A stretch of DNA of 64,000 bases from Dehalococcoidia bacterium (GCA_965197645.1 OZ240219.1:705157-769156); one strand, 5' to 3'; positions 46,245 through 55,935 are shown, numbered from the stretch's first letter. Notes: generated from the letters alone by a model not told the origin. Translations and numbers: made by a program.

Positions 46245-47603
46245 TTAAGCGCCTCCTACCAGGCACTTGGAGATCCTGATGTGGGGGCTGCCATTGGATA
46301 CCGGCAGGGGCGATTGTCCACCCTTGCCGCAACCGCCCCCCTGGTTCATGTCCAGGTCATCACCGACAGCGTCCAGGTTCTGGAGGGTTTCGAATACGTT
46401 GCCCGAAAGGGTTACGGGCCGGAGCAGCTCGGCCACTTTGCCATCGCGGATCATGTAGGCCTCTCTGGCGGAGAAGGTGAACATCTCCATGCTGGTCATG
46501 CCGCCGTACCAGTTGCAGGCGTACACCCCTTCTTTGATATCCGAAATCATCTCGTCGAAGGTGGTGGATCCGGGCTCGATGAAGGTGTTGGTCATGCGCA
46601 CGATGGGTTCGAACCGGAAGTCTATGGCCCGGGCGTTGCCCGTGGTCGGCTCGCCCATCTTGGCCGCGGTCTCCCGGGAGTGGAGGCGCCCGACAAGCTC
46701 CCCCTCTCTGATCAGGTCGGACCTGGTTGCGGGAACGCCCTCGTCGTCGTACTTGTAGCTGCCTCTCAGGCCGGCCACGGCCGCCTCATCTACTATGTTT
46801 AGGTGCTTGCCGCCGAACTTGCGGCCCAGGAGCATAACCTCCTTGAGCTGGTCATTTTCATATACGTGGTCCGACTCGGAGAGGTGACCGAAGGCCTCGT
46901 GGACGAAGACGCCGGCCAGTATCGGGTCCAGGACGACGGTGTAGTCGCCGCCTTTGACCTTGGGTGCGGAGAGCAGGTCCACCGCCTTCTGAGCGACATC
47001 CTTGGCCTCCTCGTGCAGGTCCTCGACGAGGCCGAAGTCACCGTTGCTGCCGAGGCTCACACCCGCCTGCTGGACCTCGGGGCCATCCTTGGCCGTAGCC
47101 GAGAGGCGCAGGGTCACGTCGATCCTCTCCTGCTGGATATGACTGCCTTCCGAGTTGGCGAAGGTCACCTTCTTCCGGCTATTGCCGTAACCGATGTTGG
47201 TGGTCTGTATCCCCTCGACGCTCCACATGATCTCGTTGTACTGGTCCAGCAGCTCTTTCTTGTCGGCCAGGGAGAGGGCCGAAGGGTCTTTCACAACATT
47301 CGGCTCGACCTCGTCCACTACCGGCTCCAGGGAGACGAAGGAGCTGGTCTCGTTGCCCACCAGACGCGCTTGCTGCACCGCGGTCCGGACCCTGTCTTTG
47401 AGGTCTTCGATATCATTGAAGCTGACGAAACCCCAACCGCCGTTGACCAGCGCCCTCACGTTGCCCCCCAGGCTGGTGGTAGAGCCGATATCCTCCAGCT
47501 CCCGACCTCGGTACATGATACGGGTGCCCTCGGACTCCTCGATCCGTATTTCGACGTACTCGGCACCGTGGTCCTTCAGGGCTTCGGTGATAACGTCGCG
47601 CAT
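46245..47603 (-). CDS. tldD: TldD/PmbA family metalloprotease, TldD-like
   Basis: Contains the HEAFGH metalloprotease motif. The start is set at MRDVITEAL (47603). The longer tracked ORF upstream overlaps the divergent MFS gene. Confidence 0.85.
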   Translation of the reverse strand: MRDVITEALKDHGAEYVEIRIEESEGTRIMYRGRELEDIGSTTSLGGNVRALVNGGWGFVSFNDIEDLKDRVRTAVQQARLVGNETSSFVSLEPVVDEVEPNVVKDPSALSLADKKELLDQYNEIMWSVEGIQTTNIGYGNSRKKVTFANSEGSHIQQERIDVTLRLSATAKDGPEVQQAGVSLGSNGDFGLVEDLHEEAKDVAQKAVDLLSAPKVKGGDYTVVLDPILAGVFVHEAFGHLSESDHVYENDQLKEVMLLGRKFGGKHLNIVDEAAVAGLRGSYKYDDEGVPATRSDLIREGELVGRLHSRETAAKMGEPTTGNARAIDFRFEPIVRMTNTFIEPGSTTFDEMISDIKEGVYACNWYGGMTSMEMFTFSAREAYMIRDGKVAELLRPVTLSGNVFETLQNLDAVGDDLDMNQGGGCGKGGQSPLPVSNGSPHIRISKCLVGGA

Positions 47604-47708
47604 GAGTGCTCCTGTAGAGATGACGGGTGTGATGTGGGAAGGCGTAGTATAGCAGATTGTGGAGACGCTTCGATTGACCCTGAGGAGGGCCTGGGTGTAT
47701 AAGGCGGC

Positions 47709-48980
47709 TTGATGCAAGGGGAGAGGGACCTGGACTCGGAGAGAATACCGCGCTACGCCTGGGTGGTGTTGGGCTTCTTCACCCTCAACTACACCCTGGT
47801 GCTCATCCCGCTTCTCACCCTCGGTCTCCTGCTGCCTGACATAGCTGACGAGTTCTCGCTGTCGCCGTCCCAGCAGGGGTGGCTGGCCTCGTCGGTGCTG
47901 TTTGCCAACCTGATCTTCGAGGTGCCGATCAACTGGCTGACGTCCCGGTACCCGGTATGGCGGGTGTCCAGCGTCTGCTTTGTAGCGGCTAGCCTGTTCC
48001 TGCTCCTGCACGGCTGGTCGGCCACCTTCGCAGTACTGATAATCGCCCGGGTGGGTCTTGGCATGTGGCTGCTGTCCACGGAAGCGCCCCGGACGCTGGT
48101 GATTCTCCAGTGGATGCCAAGGCGGTACATAGGCGCAGCCAACGGAGTGACGTTCAGCGCCCTCGAGGCGATGCTCGGTGTCGGCTGGGTCGTAATCCCG
48201 TTCATTCTGGGTTGGCTGGACAGTTGGAGGGACACCCTCTACCTGTGGGCTGGTGTGTGCCTTTTTGCCAACGTCCTCTGGGTAGTACTGGGTCGGGACC
48301 GGATCACGTCCGAGTACAGCAGGAGAATAGGCTCGCAGGCGGAGACGCCCCTGAGCAGCCTGTTCAAATACAAAGAGCCCTGGATACTGGGCATCGGGGT
48401 AGTAGGGTCCGTGGCCGGCAGATCGTCCTTTGGGACCTTCTGGCCCACCTTTACGCAGGACTACTATGGTACGTCGTTGACCATGGCCGGTCTGGTGGTG
48501 GGAGTAGTCGCCTTTGCCGGCGCTCCGGCAATGCTGGGCACGAGCATCATACCTTACTTCACCCGGCGCGCTCCGTTGGTGTTGACGGCGTGCGGGGTTA
48601 TTTTATCCGGCTCCTTCATCGGGACTCTGTTCACGGATTCGATGCCCCTGCTGTTTCTATCCGGCATTGGTGTTGGAGTGGGCTTTGCCTTCTTGCCGGT
48701 GGTGATGACCCGCCTGTATGAGCAGCCGGGGATCAAACCGCGAGAGGTCGCGGTGGTTGCCGCCCTGATCTTTACGATGCTGTGGGGAGGATCGGCCATA
48801 GGCCCGCTCGTGGTCGGGTTGATCCAGGAAGCGACGGACAATTTGAGACTGGCCCTAGTGATCACCTCTCTAGCCCCGCTGGCCCTCAGCGGCGCGGGCC
48901 TGGCCATTTCAGGACGGCGAGACGGCGCGGTCGAGATGGACCCGGAGCCGTCACCGACTACTGGCACCCGTTCGAAGTAA
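47709..48980 (+). CDS. MFS transporter
   Basis: 423 aa with about 12 hydrophobic segments. Divergent from tldD. Confidence 0.8.
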   Translation: MMQGERDLDSERIPRYAWVVLGFFTLNYTLVLIPLLTLGLLLPDIADEFSLSPSQQGWLASSVLFANLIFEVPINWLTSRYPVWRVSSVCFVAASLFLLLHGWSATFAVLIIARVGLGMWLLSTEAPRTLVILQWMPRRYIGAANGVTFSALEAMLGVGWVVIPFILGWLDSWRDTLYLWAGVCLFANVLWVVLGRDRITSEYSRRIGSQAETPLSSLFKYKEPWILGIGVVGSVAGRSSFGTFWPTFTQDYYGTSLTMAGLVVGVVAFAGAPAMLGTSIIPYFTRRAPLVLTACGVILSGSFIGTLFTDSMPLLFLSGIGVGVGFAFLPVVMTRLYEQPGIKPREVAVVAALIFTMLWGGSAIGPLVVGLIQEATDNLRLALVITSLAPLALSGAGLAISGRRDGAVEMDPEPSPTTGTRSK

Positions 48981-49096
48981 CCAGGCATCCGTGACATCGA
49001 GAATCTAGCCGTTCTGCGAAAGCCACAACCGGCGTCTTGTGAGGTTGGGACCCGTTTGTCGGGAGGTGGGCCGGATGCTAGAATCGGAGTACGCCC

Positions 49097-49855
49097 ATGG
49101 CCACCACCCGCAGTAAACCCACCAGAAAATCGATGGCCGGTAAGAGGCCAAAGAAGGGGCACCTGCCCATCGATGAGATCGTACGCAGACTCGACCCGCT
49201 GTACGGCCCGGCGGAGGCGCCCCGCCCCTACGATCCCATCTCCGAGCTGATCTTCACCGTCCTTTCGCAGCACACCTCGGACGTCAACTCCTACCGGGCC
49301 AACGAGACCATGCGGGAGCGGTTCCCGACCTGGGAAGCTCTCATGGAGGCCGATATCGACGAGGTGGCCGATGCTATACAGATAGGCGGCCTGGCCAAGG
49401 TGAAAGCCCCTCGCATCCAGGCCATCCTGAGGGCGATACTGGAGCGCAACGAGGGCTCGTGGGACCTCTCCTTCCTGTCCGAGATGCCCCTGGCCGAGGC
49501 AAAGGAGTGGCTGCTGGAGCTGCCCGGAGTCGGTCCGAAGACGGCCGGGTGCGTGCTGCTGTTCTCCCTCGGCCGACCCGCCATGATAGTTGACACCCAC
49601 GTCTACCGCGTGTCGCAACGGCTGGGTCTCATCGGTCCCAAGGTCAACGCCGACGAGGCCCACGATCTGCTTGAGGAGATGACCCTCGACGATGATATGC
49701 TGGCTGCCCACGTCTACATCATCACCCACGGTCGACAGGTCTGCAAAGCCCAGAACCCGCTGTGCCGGGAGTGCACCCTGGAGGACGGCTGTCCCTCGAG
49801 CACCCTGAAGAGCAAGAAGAAACGGCCTAAGAAAGCCAAGAGCTCGGCGAAGTAA
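49097..49855 (+). CDS. nth: endonuclease III (HhH-GPD glycosylase with 4Fe-4S cluster) with Lys-rich tail
   Basis: Contains the HhH motif LPGVGPKTAGCVL, VDTHVYRV and the cluster C-x6-C-x2-C-x5-C (CKAQNPLCRECTLEDGC). The C-terminal tail is KSKKKRPKKAKSSAK. Confidence 0.9.
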   Translation: MATTRSKPTRKSMAGKRPKKGHLPIDEIVRRLDPLYGPAEAPRPYDPISELIFTVLSQHTSDVNSYRANETMRERFPTWEALMEADIDEVADAIQIGGLAKVKAPRIQAILRAILERNEGSWDLSFLSEMPLAEAKEWLLELPGVGPKTAGCVLLFSLGRPAMIVDTHVYRVSQRLGLIGPKVNADEAHDLLEEMTLDDDMLAAHVYIITHGRQVCKAQNPLCRECTLEDGCPSSTLKSKKKRPKKAKSSAK

Positions 49856-49869
49856 GGAAATGAGCCTGT

Positions 49870-49965
49870 CTCAGAACCCTCCTTTGAGGGAGTCCAGAGG
49901 GAAACTTCCCTTTGGCAGAGGGCCTGGGGGATGTTCCCCAGCTACAAAACCTTCCGGGGGAAGGG
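49870..49965 (+). repeat. family B hairpin repeat copy
   Basis: The sequence is tcagaac...gagggagtccagagggaaacttccctttggcagagggcctgggggatgttccccagc. Confidence 0.85.
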
Positions 49966-50036
49966 CGTATTTGTCTACGTGCCCACCTACCTACTATACT
50001 TTACCTTTCACGAAATGGAGACTTTGAGATAAAGAG

Positions 50037-51068
50037 ATGAAAGTAGGGATACTGAACGTAACCGGGTACGCTGGCGCGGAGCTGGCGAGGGTGCTGCACA
50101 ACCACCGGGAGGTGGAGCTGACCTCGGTCACCGGGCGGAGCGCCCAGGGACAGGGGCTGGGGGAGGTGTTTCCCCACCTGGCAGACATCGACCTGACCAT
50201 CGAAGCGGAGCTGGGCGGCATCGACTTTGTCTTCTCCGCCCTGCCCCACAAGTCCAGCGCCGAGAGGGTAGCCCCCCTGGTGGGGCCCGACGTCCGAGTC
50301 GTGGACATCAGCGCCGACTTCCGGCTGAACAGCCCCCAGGTATACGAGGAGTGGTACGAAGTGCCCCACCCCGCTCCCCAACTCCTGGAAGAGTCGGTAT
50401 ACGGGCTCACCGAGCTTTACCGGCCCCAGGTGGAGTCGGCTCGGGTCGTGGCCAACCCCGGCTGCTATCCCACCTCGGCCATACTGGGACTGGCGCCGTT
50501 GGTGAAGGAGCAGCTGATCGGCCCCGATATCATCGTGGACAGCAAGTCCGGCATTTCGGGAGCGGGTCGAGGCTTCAGCCTCAAGACCCACTTCTCCGAA
50601 GTGAACGAGAACACCATGGCCTACGGGCTCAGCGGACACCGGCACCTGCCGGAGATCGTGCAGGAGCTGGAGCTGTTGGACTCATCGCGGAAACCCAGGG
50701 TTACCTTTCTGCCCCACCTGGTGCCCATGACCCGGGGCATACTGAGCTCATGCTACGCCACCTTGGCGGACTCCAAGATATCGGTAGACGAGAAGGGACA
50801 GCAGGAGCTAACGGACCTGTACAGGGAGTTCTATAGAGACGATCCTTTCGTGAAGGTGGTGGAGTCGCCGCCTCAGACCAAGCAGACCTGGGGCAACAAC
50901 GACTGTCTGATCCATCCCACCATCGATCTCAGAACGGGCCGAGCCGTGGTCATAAGCTGCCTGGACAACCTGGTGAAGGGGGCGGCGGGTCAGGCGGTGC
51001 AGAACATGAACGTGATGCTGGGCTATCCTGAAACGACGGGTCTGGAGTCGATAGCCCTCTACCCTTGA
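50037..51068 (+). CDS. argC: N-acetyl-gamma-glutamyl-phosphate reductase
   Basis: Contains NVTGYAGAEL, the catalytic NPGCYPTS and the C-terminal DNLVKGAAGQAVQNMN. Confidence 0.95.
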   Translation: MKVGILNVTGYAGAELARVLHNHREVELTSVTGRSAQGQGLGEVFPHLADIDLTIEAELGGIDFVFSALPHKSSAERVAPLVGPDVRVVDISADFRLNSPQVYEEWYEVPHPAPQLLEESVYGLTELYRPQVESARVVANPGCYPTSAILGLAPLVKEQLIGPDIIVDSKSGISGAGRGFSLKTHFSEVNENTMAYGLSGHRHLPEIVQELELLDSSRKPRVTFLPHLVPMTRGILSSCYATLADSKISVDEKGQQELTDLYREFYRDDPFVKVVESPPQTKQTWGNNDCLIHPTIDLRTGRAVVISCLDNLVKGAAGQAVQNMNVMLGYPETTGLESIALYP

Positions 51069-51151
51069 TCTGTCCTCCGATAGCGTTGCGCGTAGGTTGA
51101 GCCCTTCTTATACTGTGTCGGGTTTATATCTCACTGGCAGGGTATGGGCGC

Positions 51152-51227
51152 GTCCCCATCGTCTAGAGGCCTAGGACACCACCCTTTCAAGGTGGCGACA
51201 CGGGTTCGAATCCCGTTGGGGATACCA
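51152..51227 (+). tRNA. tRNA-Glu (anticodon UUC), CCA encoded
   Basis: The cloverleaf was folded by hand. The acceptor stem is gtcccca/tggggat and the D-arm is gtctagaggcctaggac. The anticodon stem ccacc/ggtgg carries loop cTTTCaa, and the T-arm is acggg-ttcgaat-cccgt. Discriminator A plus CCA follow. Confidence 0.93.
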
Positions 51228-51262
51228 CCCTTTGAAAGTAGCAACACAGGATTTTGACTCCG
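51224..51262 (+). other. decayed partial duplicate of the tRNA-Glu anticodon-to-T-arm region
   Basis: The sequence accaccctttgaaagtagcaacacaggattttgactccg aligns to tRNA positions 51178-51215. About 28 of 38 positions match and many differences are G-to-A. Confidence 0.5.
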
Positions 51263-51424
51263 CCGCGAACATCAAAGCCCCATTTCGCTGACTAGCTTGG
51301 CCGACGCTTAGATTGACGGCTGCTTAGGGCGAGAGTTCATCCTGAATGCCGGCGCTCGTGGCTACCTGAACATCGGGCCCGTTCTTACCTTCTGAGGAAA
51401 GGGGCCCGAAGAGTTTCACGTATT

Positions 51425-52435
51425 TTACGCTCGCAGGGGAACGCTGACCTGATGCAGATGCTGGAGGATCTCCCTGTAGGACTGAAGTACCGTGGTCTCA
51501 TGGTAGGAGAGACCATTCGCCTGGCAAAAAGCCTTGACAGTTTTCTGCGCTTCTCTCAGGTTGTTTCTGGGCATCTTCGGGAACAGATGGTGCTCAATCT
51601 GGTAATTGAGACCGCCGTACCAGAAGTCAGTAAAATGATTCGGCTTCACGTTTCGGGAAGTAAGGACCTGCCTCTGAAGGAAATCAAGCTGACTATCTTT
51701 CTCCACTGTAAGCATGCCCTTGTGGTTCGGGGCAAAAACCGGACCAATGCAAAGACCAAATAGCATCTGATGGACCACGATGAATAGTGCTCCATGCCAG
51801 GCGCCCAAGAAATAGAACACTAGGGTTAAGTACGCTGCGAAATGGAAGGCCACCAGCAGCGGTTCGGCTACAGGATATTTAACTTTCGTCCGAAGCAGAT
51901 ACTGGATCCCACCAAGCCGCAGTCCGAACCCTTCGAGACTGAGCATTAGAATAAAGAGGTAGGACTGGTATTTTACGATTAGTCTATATAACCCCATTTT
52001 TCTAACGGCCTGCTCACTGGTGAAAGCCAAGATGGGGAAATCAGCGTCAGGGTCCAAGTCTACGTTATTGGGGTAAGCGTGATGCCGATTGTGCTTGTTG
52101 ACCCACCAACTCCGGTCCACGCCCAGAAGGAGGGAGACAATGAGGCCAACGACCTCGTTCTTCCGACTTGAATGGAAGATCTGCAGGTGGCCGGCGTCGT
52201 GGCCAATGAAGGAAAGCTGGGCAAAAACGAAGGCCAAAAAAGCAGCGTTTAGGAGTTGTAACCAGAGGCCGTCTGCTACTATCAGGAAAGCGATACTAAG
52301 TGTCAGCAGGCTCAGAGTAAGAATGATCTTTGGAGCGTAGTAACCTAGCTGCCGCTCCATCAACCCTTGCTGATAGATTACCTTCTTTATTTCGGCGTAG
52401 CTATTCGACTGCAAGTTCAGTGGACTGACTCTCAT
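51425..52435 (-). CDS. membrane fatty-acid (acyl-lipid/acyl-CoA) desaturase
   Basis: Three His boxes are present: HDAGH, HNRHH and QIEHH. Hydrophobic segments are present and GC is clearly lower than in neighbouring genes. Confidence 0.85.
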   Translation of the reverse strand: MRVSPLNLQSNSYAEIKKVIYQQGLMERQLGYYAPKIILTLSLLTLSIAFLIVADGLWLQLLNAAFLAFVFAQLSFIGHDAGHLQIFHSSRKNEVVGLIVSLLLGVDRSWWVNKHNRHHAYPNNVDLDPDADFPILAFTSEQAVRKMGLYRLIVKYQSYLFILMLSLEGFGLRLGGIQYLLRTKVKYPVAEPLLVAFHFAAYLTLVFYFLGAWHGALFIVVHQMLFGLCIGPVFAPNHKGMLTVEKDSQLDFLQRQVLTSRNVKPNHFTDFWYGGLNYQIEHHLFPKMPRNNLREAQKTVKAFCQANGLSYHETTVLQSYREILQHLHQVSVPLRA

Positions 52436-52506
52436 GAACCGGACTGTAGCATGCCATCCAAACCGTCCTGTCCGACTATTCTCACTTTATTCTTTGTAAA
52501 TTACAA

Positions 52507-52534
52507 GCGGATCGTGGGTTCGATTCACCGTTGA
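52507..52534 (+). other. tRNA T-arm/3'-acceptor-like fragment (possible att remnant)
   Basis: The sequence gcggatcgtgggttcgattcaccgttga resembles gcgacacgggttcgaatcccgttgg of the tRNA-Glu at 51195-51220, in the same orientation. Confidence 0.4.
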
Positions 52535-52780
52535 ACTGGACATATGATGATCGTCATCAGGGACCAGATGGATTTCAGAAGCAAGACGGCCCCACTCGAC
52601 CTAGAGGACAGCCGGTAACACCAAGTGTACATTCTTGGCATCAATGAGGCAAGGTGATAATAGGATAGCGAGATTCGAAAATATAGCCGTTAGTAGCACC
52701 AAAGCCTCCTGTAGGTTAAAGAGCTCACAGTTATTAAAGACTAATGGGGCGGAAAGAGCGAAAACAGGCTCGCTGAAGGC

Positions 52781-53965
52781 CTAGCCGGTCCTCGGGGTAG
52801 CTTCTCGCTGGAGCTGGGGTATCACCCGTTCGGCAAACAGCTCCAAGCCTCGATAGACCGAAGAGAAGGGGATGAATCCCGGGTTGGGCCAGAGGGTCAC
52901 GTGCTGGCAGTTGAGCTCGGACCGCAGCTTGTCTATCTTCTCGGCCACGTAGTCCGGCGAACCTATCAAAGTGACCTCCTTTTCCTGAAGGAAGTCGAAC
53001 CAGTCTTTGTTCATGTCATCGTCGGTCAGCTCTTCGTCGGCGGCGATGCATCCCTTCCGAGCCCAGTTATCGTTGATGCCGGCGTTGATGTTGAAAAAGG
53101 CGTTGACGCCGGGGCGAGCCTCAGCTTCGGCCTGCTCCTGGGTCTCGGCCATGTGAAAGGTTCTCATTACGTTGAGGGTCAGGCCGTCGGCCGTCCGTCC
53201 CATGGGGACGGCCTTACCAGACACCCTGGATGCCGTGTCCCGGTAGGCGGTCCAAGCCTCCCGCAGCCCTGCGAAGGTCCGACCCACAACGGTCGTCGAT
53301 ATCCCCTGCTCGGCGGCAAAGACGTAGGACCTGGTGGAGTCCGCCGCCTGGTAGATGGGTGGATGCGGTTTCTGGTAGGGCTTCGGCATGACGCCCAGGG
53401 CTATGAGCTCGCCATCGGGCCCGTAGTGGGTGGAGTCACCGACGTATATCCTCGGATCGTCCTCCTTCCAGCCGGGCACAGGCAGCTTGTAGAACTCTCC
53501 ATCGTAGGAGAGGGCATCCTCGGTCCACGCCCTTCGTATGATGTCCAGGGACTCCTTGAACAGGGCGTAGTTTCGCTCCTGGTTCCTCCGATCGGCGTTG
53601 ACGTTGAACTGGATGCTGGTGCTGCTGTTGGTGCCCCGGGCGATCCCCACGTCGAGGCGACCTCTGGTGATCTGGTCGAGCATCGCCAGGTCCTCGGCCA
53701 AGCGGATGGGGTGCCAGTCGGGCAGAATGCAGGCCGTCTGTCCCACGCGCAAGTTCTCCGTGTACGTGGCCAGATGGGTACCGATGAGAACGGGGTTGGG
53801 GGCGGCCACGGGATAGCCGCTGTACCAGAAATGGTGCTCGCCGAGCCAGATGGTGGTGAAATCGGTCTCGTCGTAGAGCTTGGCGGTCTGACGCCACTCG
53901 TCCATCATCACGTCGACGGGGTACGGTTCAAGCTCGTGGTAGTAGACATTGCTATCGAAACGCAT
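52781..53965 (-). CDS. LLM-class (luciferase-like) flavin-dependent oxidoreductase
   Basis: 394 aa. Contains FTTIWLGEHHF and the TIM-barrel LLM pattern. Confidence 0.85.
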   Translation of the reverse strand: MRFDSNVYYHELEPYPVDVMMDEWRQTAKLYDETDFTTIWLGEHHFWYSGYPVAAPNPVLIGTHLATYTENLRVGQTACILPDWHPIRLAEDLAMLDQITRGRLDVGIARGTNSSTSIQFNVNADRRNQERNYALFKESLDIIRRAWTEDALSYDGEFYKLPVPGWKEDDPRIYVGDSTHYGPDGELIALGVMPKPYQKPHPPIYQAADSTRSYVFAAEQGISTTVVGRTFAGLREAWTAYRDTASRVSGKAVPMGRTADGLTLNVMRTFHMAETQEQAEAEARPGVNAFFNINAGINDNWARKGCIAADEELTDDDMNKDWFDFLQEKEVTLIGSPDYVAEKIDKLRSELNCQHVTLWPNPGFIPFSSVYRGLELFAERVIPQLQREATPRTG

Positions 53966-54171
53966 TGCACCCTCCAGACTTACGCCCGCCGGTTTCCGAC
54001 GGCGGCAACTAGTTTATAGCGTGGGTCTGCAGATGTAAAATTTCCGGGCCTGAACTTACCTCAAGCAGGCCCCCTGATAGAGGAGGCCCGGGGGGATGGT
54101 CGCGGAGGGGGTATCAAAGCAGACCCCGATCCCTGGGATGTGATAAGCTCCACCTGCGCCACAGCCCAGTC

Positions 54172-55569
54172 ATGAAGGAGGCAGCCGTGGACCTGGTCAT
54201 CAAGAATGGCACCGTCATCACATCGGGAAGCCGGTTTGTTGGAGACGTGGGTATACGGGACGGTAAGGTAGCCCAGCTCGGCGGCGAGATTACTGCAGGC
54301 AGAGAGATCGATGCCTCGGGCAAGCTGGTCATTCCCGGAGGCATCGATATACACGTACACTTAGAGCGGGCCGAGATGCTCACCGGGGAGGGCGAGCCGA
54401 GGATGGTTGACGACGTCTATACAGGGACCGTCGGCGCAGCGGTCGGGGGCGTGACCACCGTCGGCAACATGATCCACCCTGAGCCCGGCGAGCGGCTCAC
54501 CCCCTTCCAGCTGTTGGAGCGGGCCGAGCCCGATGCCCTGGCCAACAGCGTAATAGACTTCACCCAGCATCCGGTCATCACCTATCCCTCTGCCGAGGTC
54601 ATCGAGCAGATACCGGACCTGGTTGGCGCCGGCTACTCGTCCCTCAAGATCTTCACCGATCTGGGGTTTCAAAAGAACGTGGCCGAGTTCGCACGGGTGC
54701 TGGAGACGGCCGGGCGGAGCGGGGTCCTGCCCATGATCCACTGCGAGGACTGGGCCATAGATACCTACCTGGAGAATCGTCTCAACGCCCAGGGCAAGTC
54801 CGACGTCACCTACTACTCGGCGAGCAGGCCCGGCTACGCCGAGGCCACGGCTACGGTCAGGGCCATGGCCGCCAGCCGCGCCGCCGGCAATCCGATGTAC
54901 GTGGTACACCTCTCCTCGGCCGCTGCGCTGGAGGAGACCCGTCGGGCACGCATTAGCGGTCAACCCGTCTACGTCGAGACCCGGCCCATCTACCTCTACT
55001 ACACCAGCGCCGTACACGAGGAGTCCGACGGCGCCAAGTACACCGGCTGGCCCCCGTTGCGAGAGGACGCCGACGTCGACGCCCTGTGGGAGGGGCTGAA
55101 CCTCAGCGACATTCACACCTTCGCCAGCGACCATGCTCCCTGGACCCTGGACCAGAAGCTGGACGCCGACCTGAAGCTCGGTACATTCCGACCGGGCATG
55201 GCCAACCTGGAAACCCTCATGCCTATGCTCTACTCCGAAGGGGTGCGCAAAGGCCGGATCTCCATGAACCGGTTCGTCGAGCTGACGTCAACCAACCCCG
55301 CCAAGCTCTTCGGGATGTACCCGCAGAAGGGCACCATTGCCATCGGCTCCGACGCCGACATCCTGGTATGGGACCCGGACCTGAAACGCACCATCCGAGG
55401 CGAGGAGATGACCTCCAACGCCGGCTACGACATATACGAGGGCTGGGAAGTCCTGGGATGGCCGGTGTACACCGTCTCGCGGGGAGATGTGATAGTGGAG
55501 AAGGGCGAGATTACCGGGGCCCGGGGCCGAGGCAAGCGGGTGCACACCACGGGCCATCAGCCCCTATAG
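54172..55569 (+). CDS. dihydropyrimidinase / D-hydantoinase-type cyclic amidohydrolase (second paralogue)
   Basis: Ligands GIDIHVH, SLKIF, HCED, VVHLSS and SDHAP are present. An alternative in-frame GTG start at 54187 lies 5 nt after AAGGAGG. Confidence 0.85.
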   Translation: MKEAAVDLVIKNGTVITSGSRFVGDVGIRDGKVAQLGGEITAGREIDASGKLVIPGGIDIHVHLERAEMLTGEGEPRMVDDVYTGTVGAAVGGVTTVGNMIHPEPGERLTPFQLLERAEPDALANSVIDFTQHPVITYPSAEVIEQIPDLVGAGYSSLKIFTDLGFQKNVAEFARVLETAGRSGVLPMIHCEDWAIDTYLENRLNAQGKSDVTYYSASRPGYAEATATVRAMAASRAAGNPMYVVHLSSAAALEETRRARISGQPVYVETRPIYLYYTSAVHEESDGAKYTGWPPLREDADVDALWEGLNLSDIHTFASDHAPWTLDQKLDADLKLGTFRPGMANLETLMPMLYSEGVRKGRISMNRFVELTSTNPAKLFGMYPQKGTIAIGSDADILVWDPDLKRTIRGEEMTSNAGYDIYEGWEVLGWPVYTVSRGDVIVEKGEITGARGRGKRVHTTGHQPL

Positions 55570-55639
55570 CAGCGTCGCTATCGAGCGGAGGCCTGACCCC
55601 CGGATAAGGGGGTTGCTCATCCTCAAGCCTACCTCTCCT

Positions 55640-55915
55640 CAGTCGCGGCGACGGCAACAGTTAAACTGAGTCCGTACCCCCGTCATTGCGAGCCTCGGCC
55701 AAGCCGGGGCGTGGCAATCCAGCCACGTCTAGTCGGTGCCCGCCAGAGGCGTGTACCCCCACCACCCCAGATTGTTTCGCTCCCTTGCACTCCCCTCAGA
55801 ACCAACTCCCCTCGCTCGCAACGACGGCAACAGTTAGACCGAGTCCGTACCCCCCGTCATTGCGAGTCCCGACAACGTCGGGGCGTGGCAATCTAATTGC
55901 TTCGCTCCCGCCTGC
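55640..55915 (-). repeat. family A composite repeat, 2 tandem units (period 173 bp)
   Basis: Cores lie at 55681-55719 (hairpin variant cctcggccaagccgggg) and 55854-55892. Confidence 0.85.
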
Positions 55916-55935
55916 TCCACACTGCATGGGTCTGC

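Noticed and set aside
47604-48011. N-terminal 135-codon extension of the TldD ORF
   Set aside because: The extension overlaps the divergent MFS gene and has no similarity to TldD. The conserved N-terminus MRDVITEAL begins at 47603.
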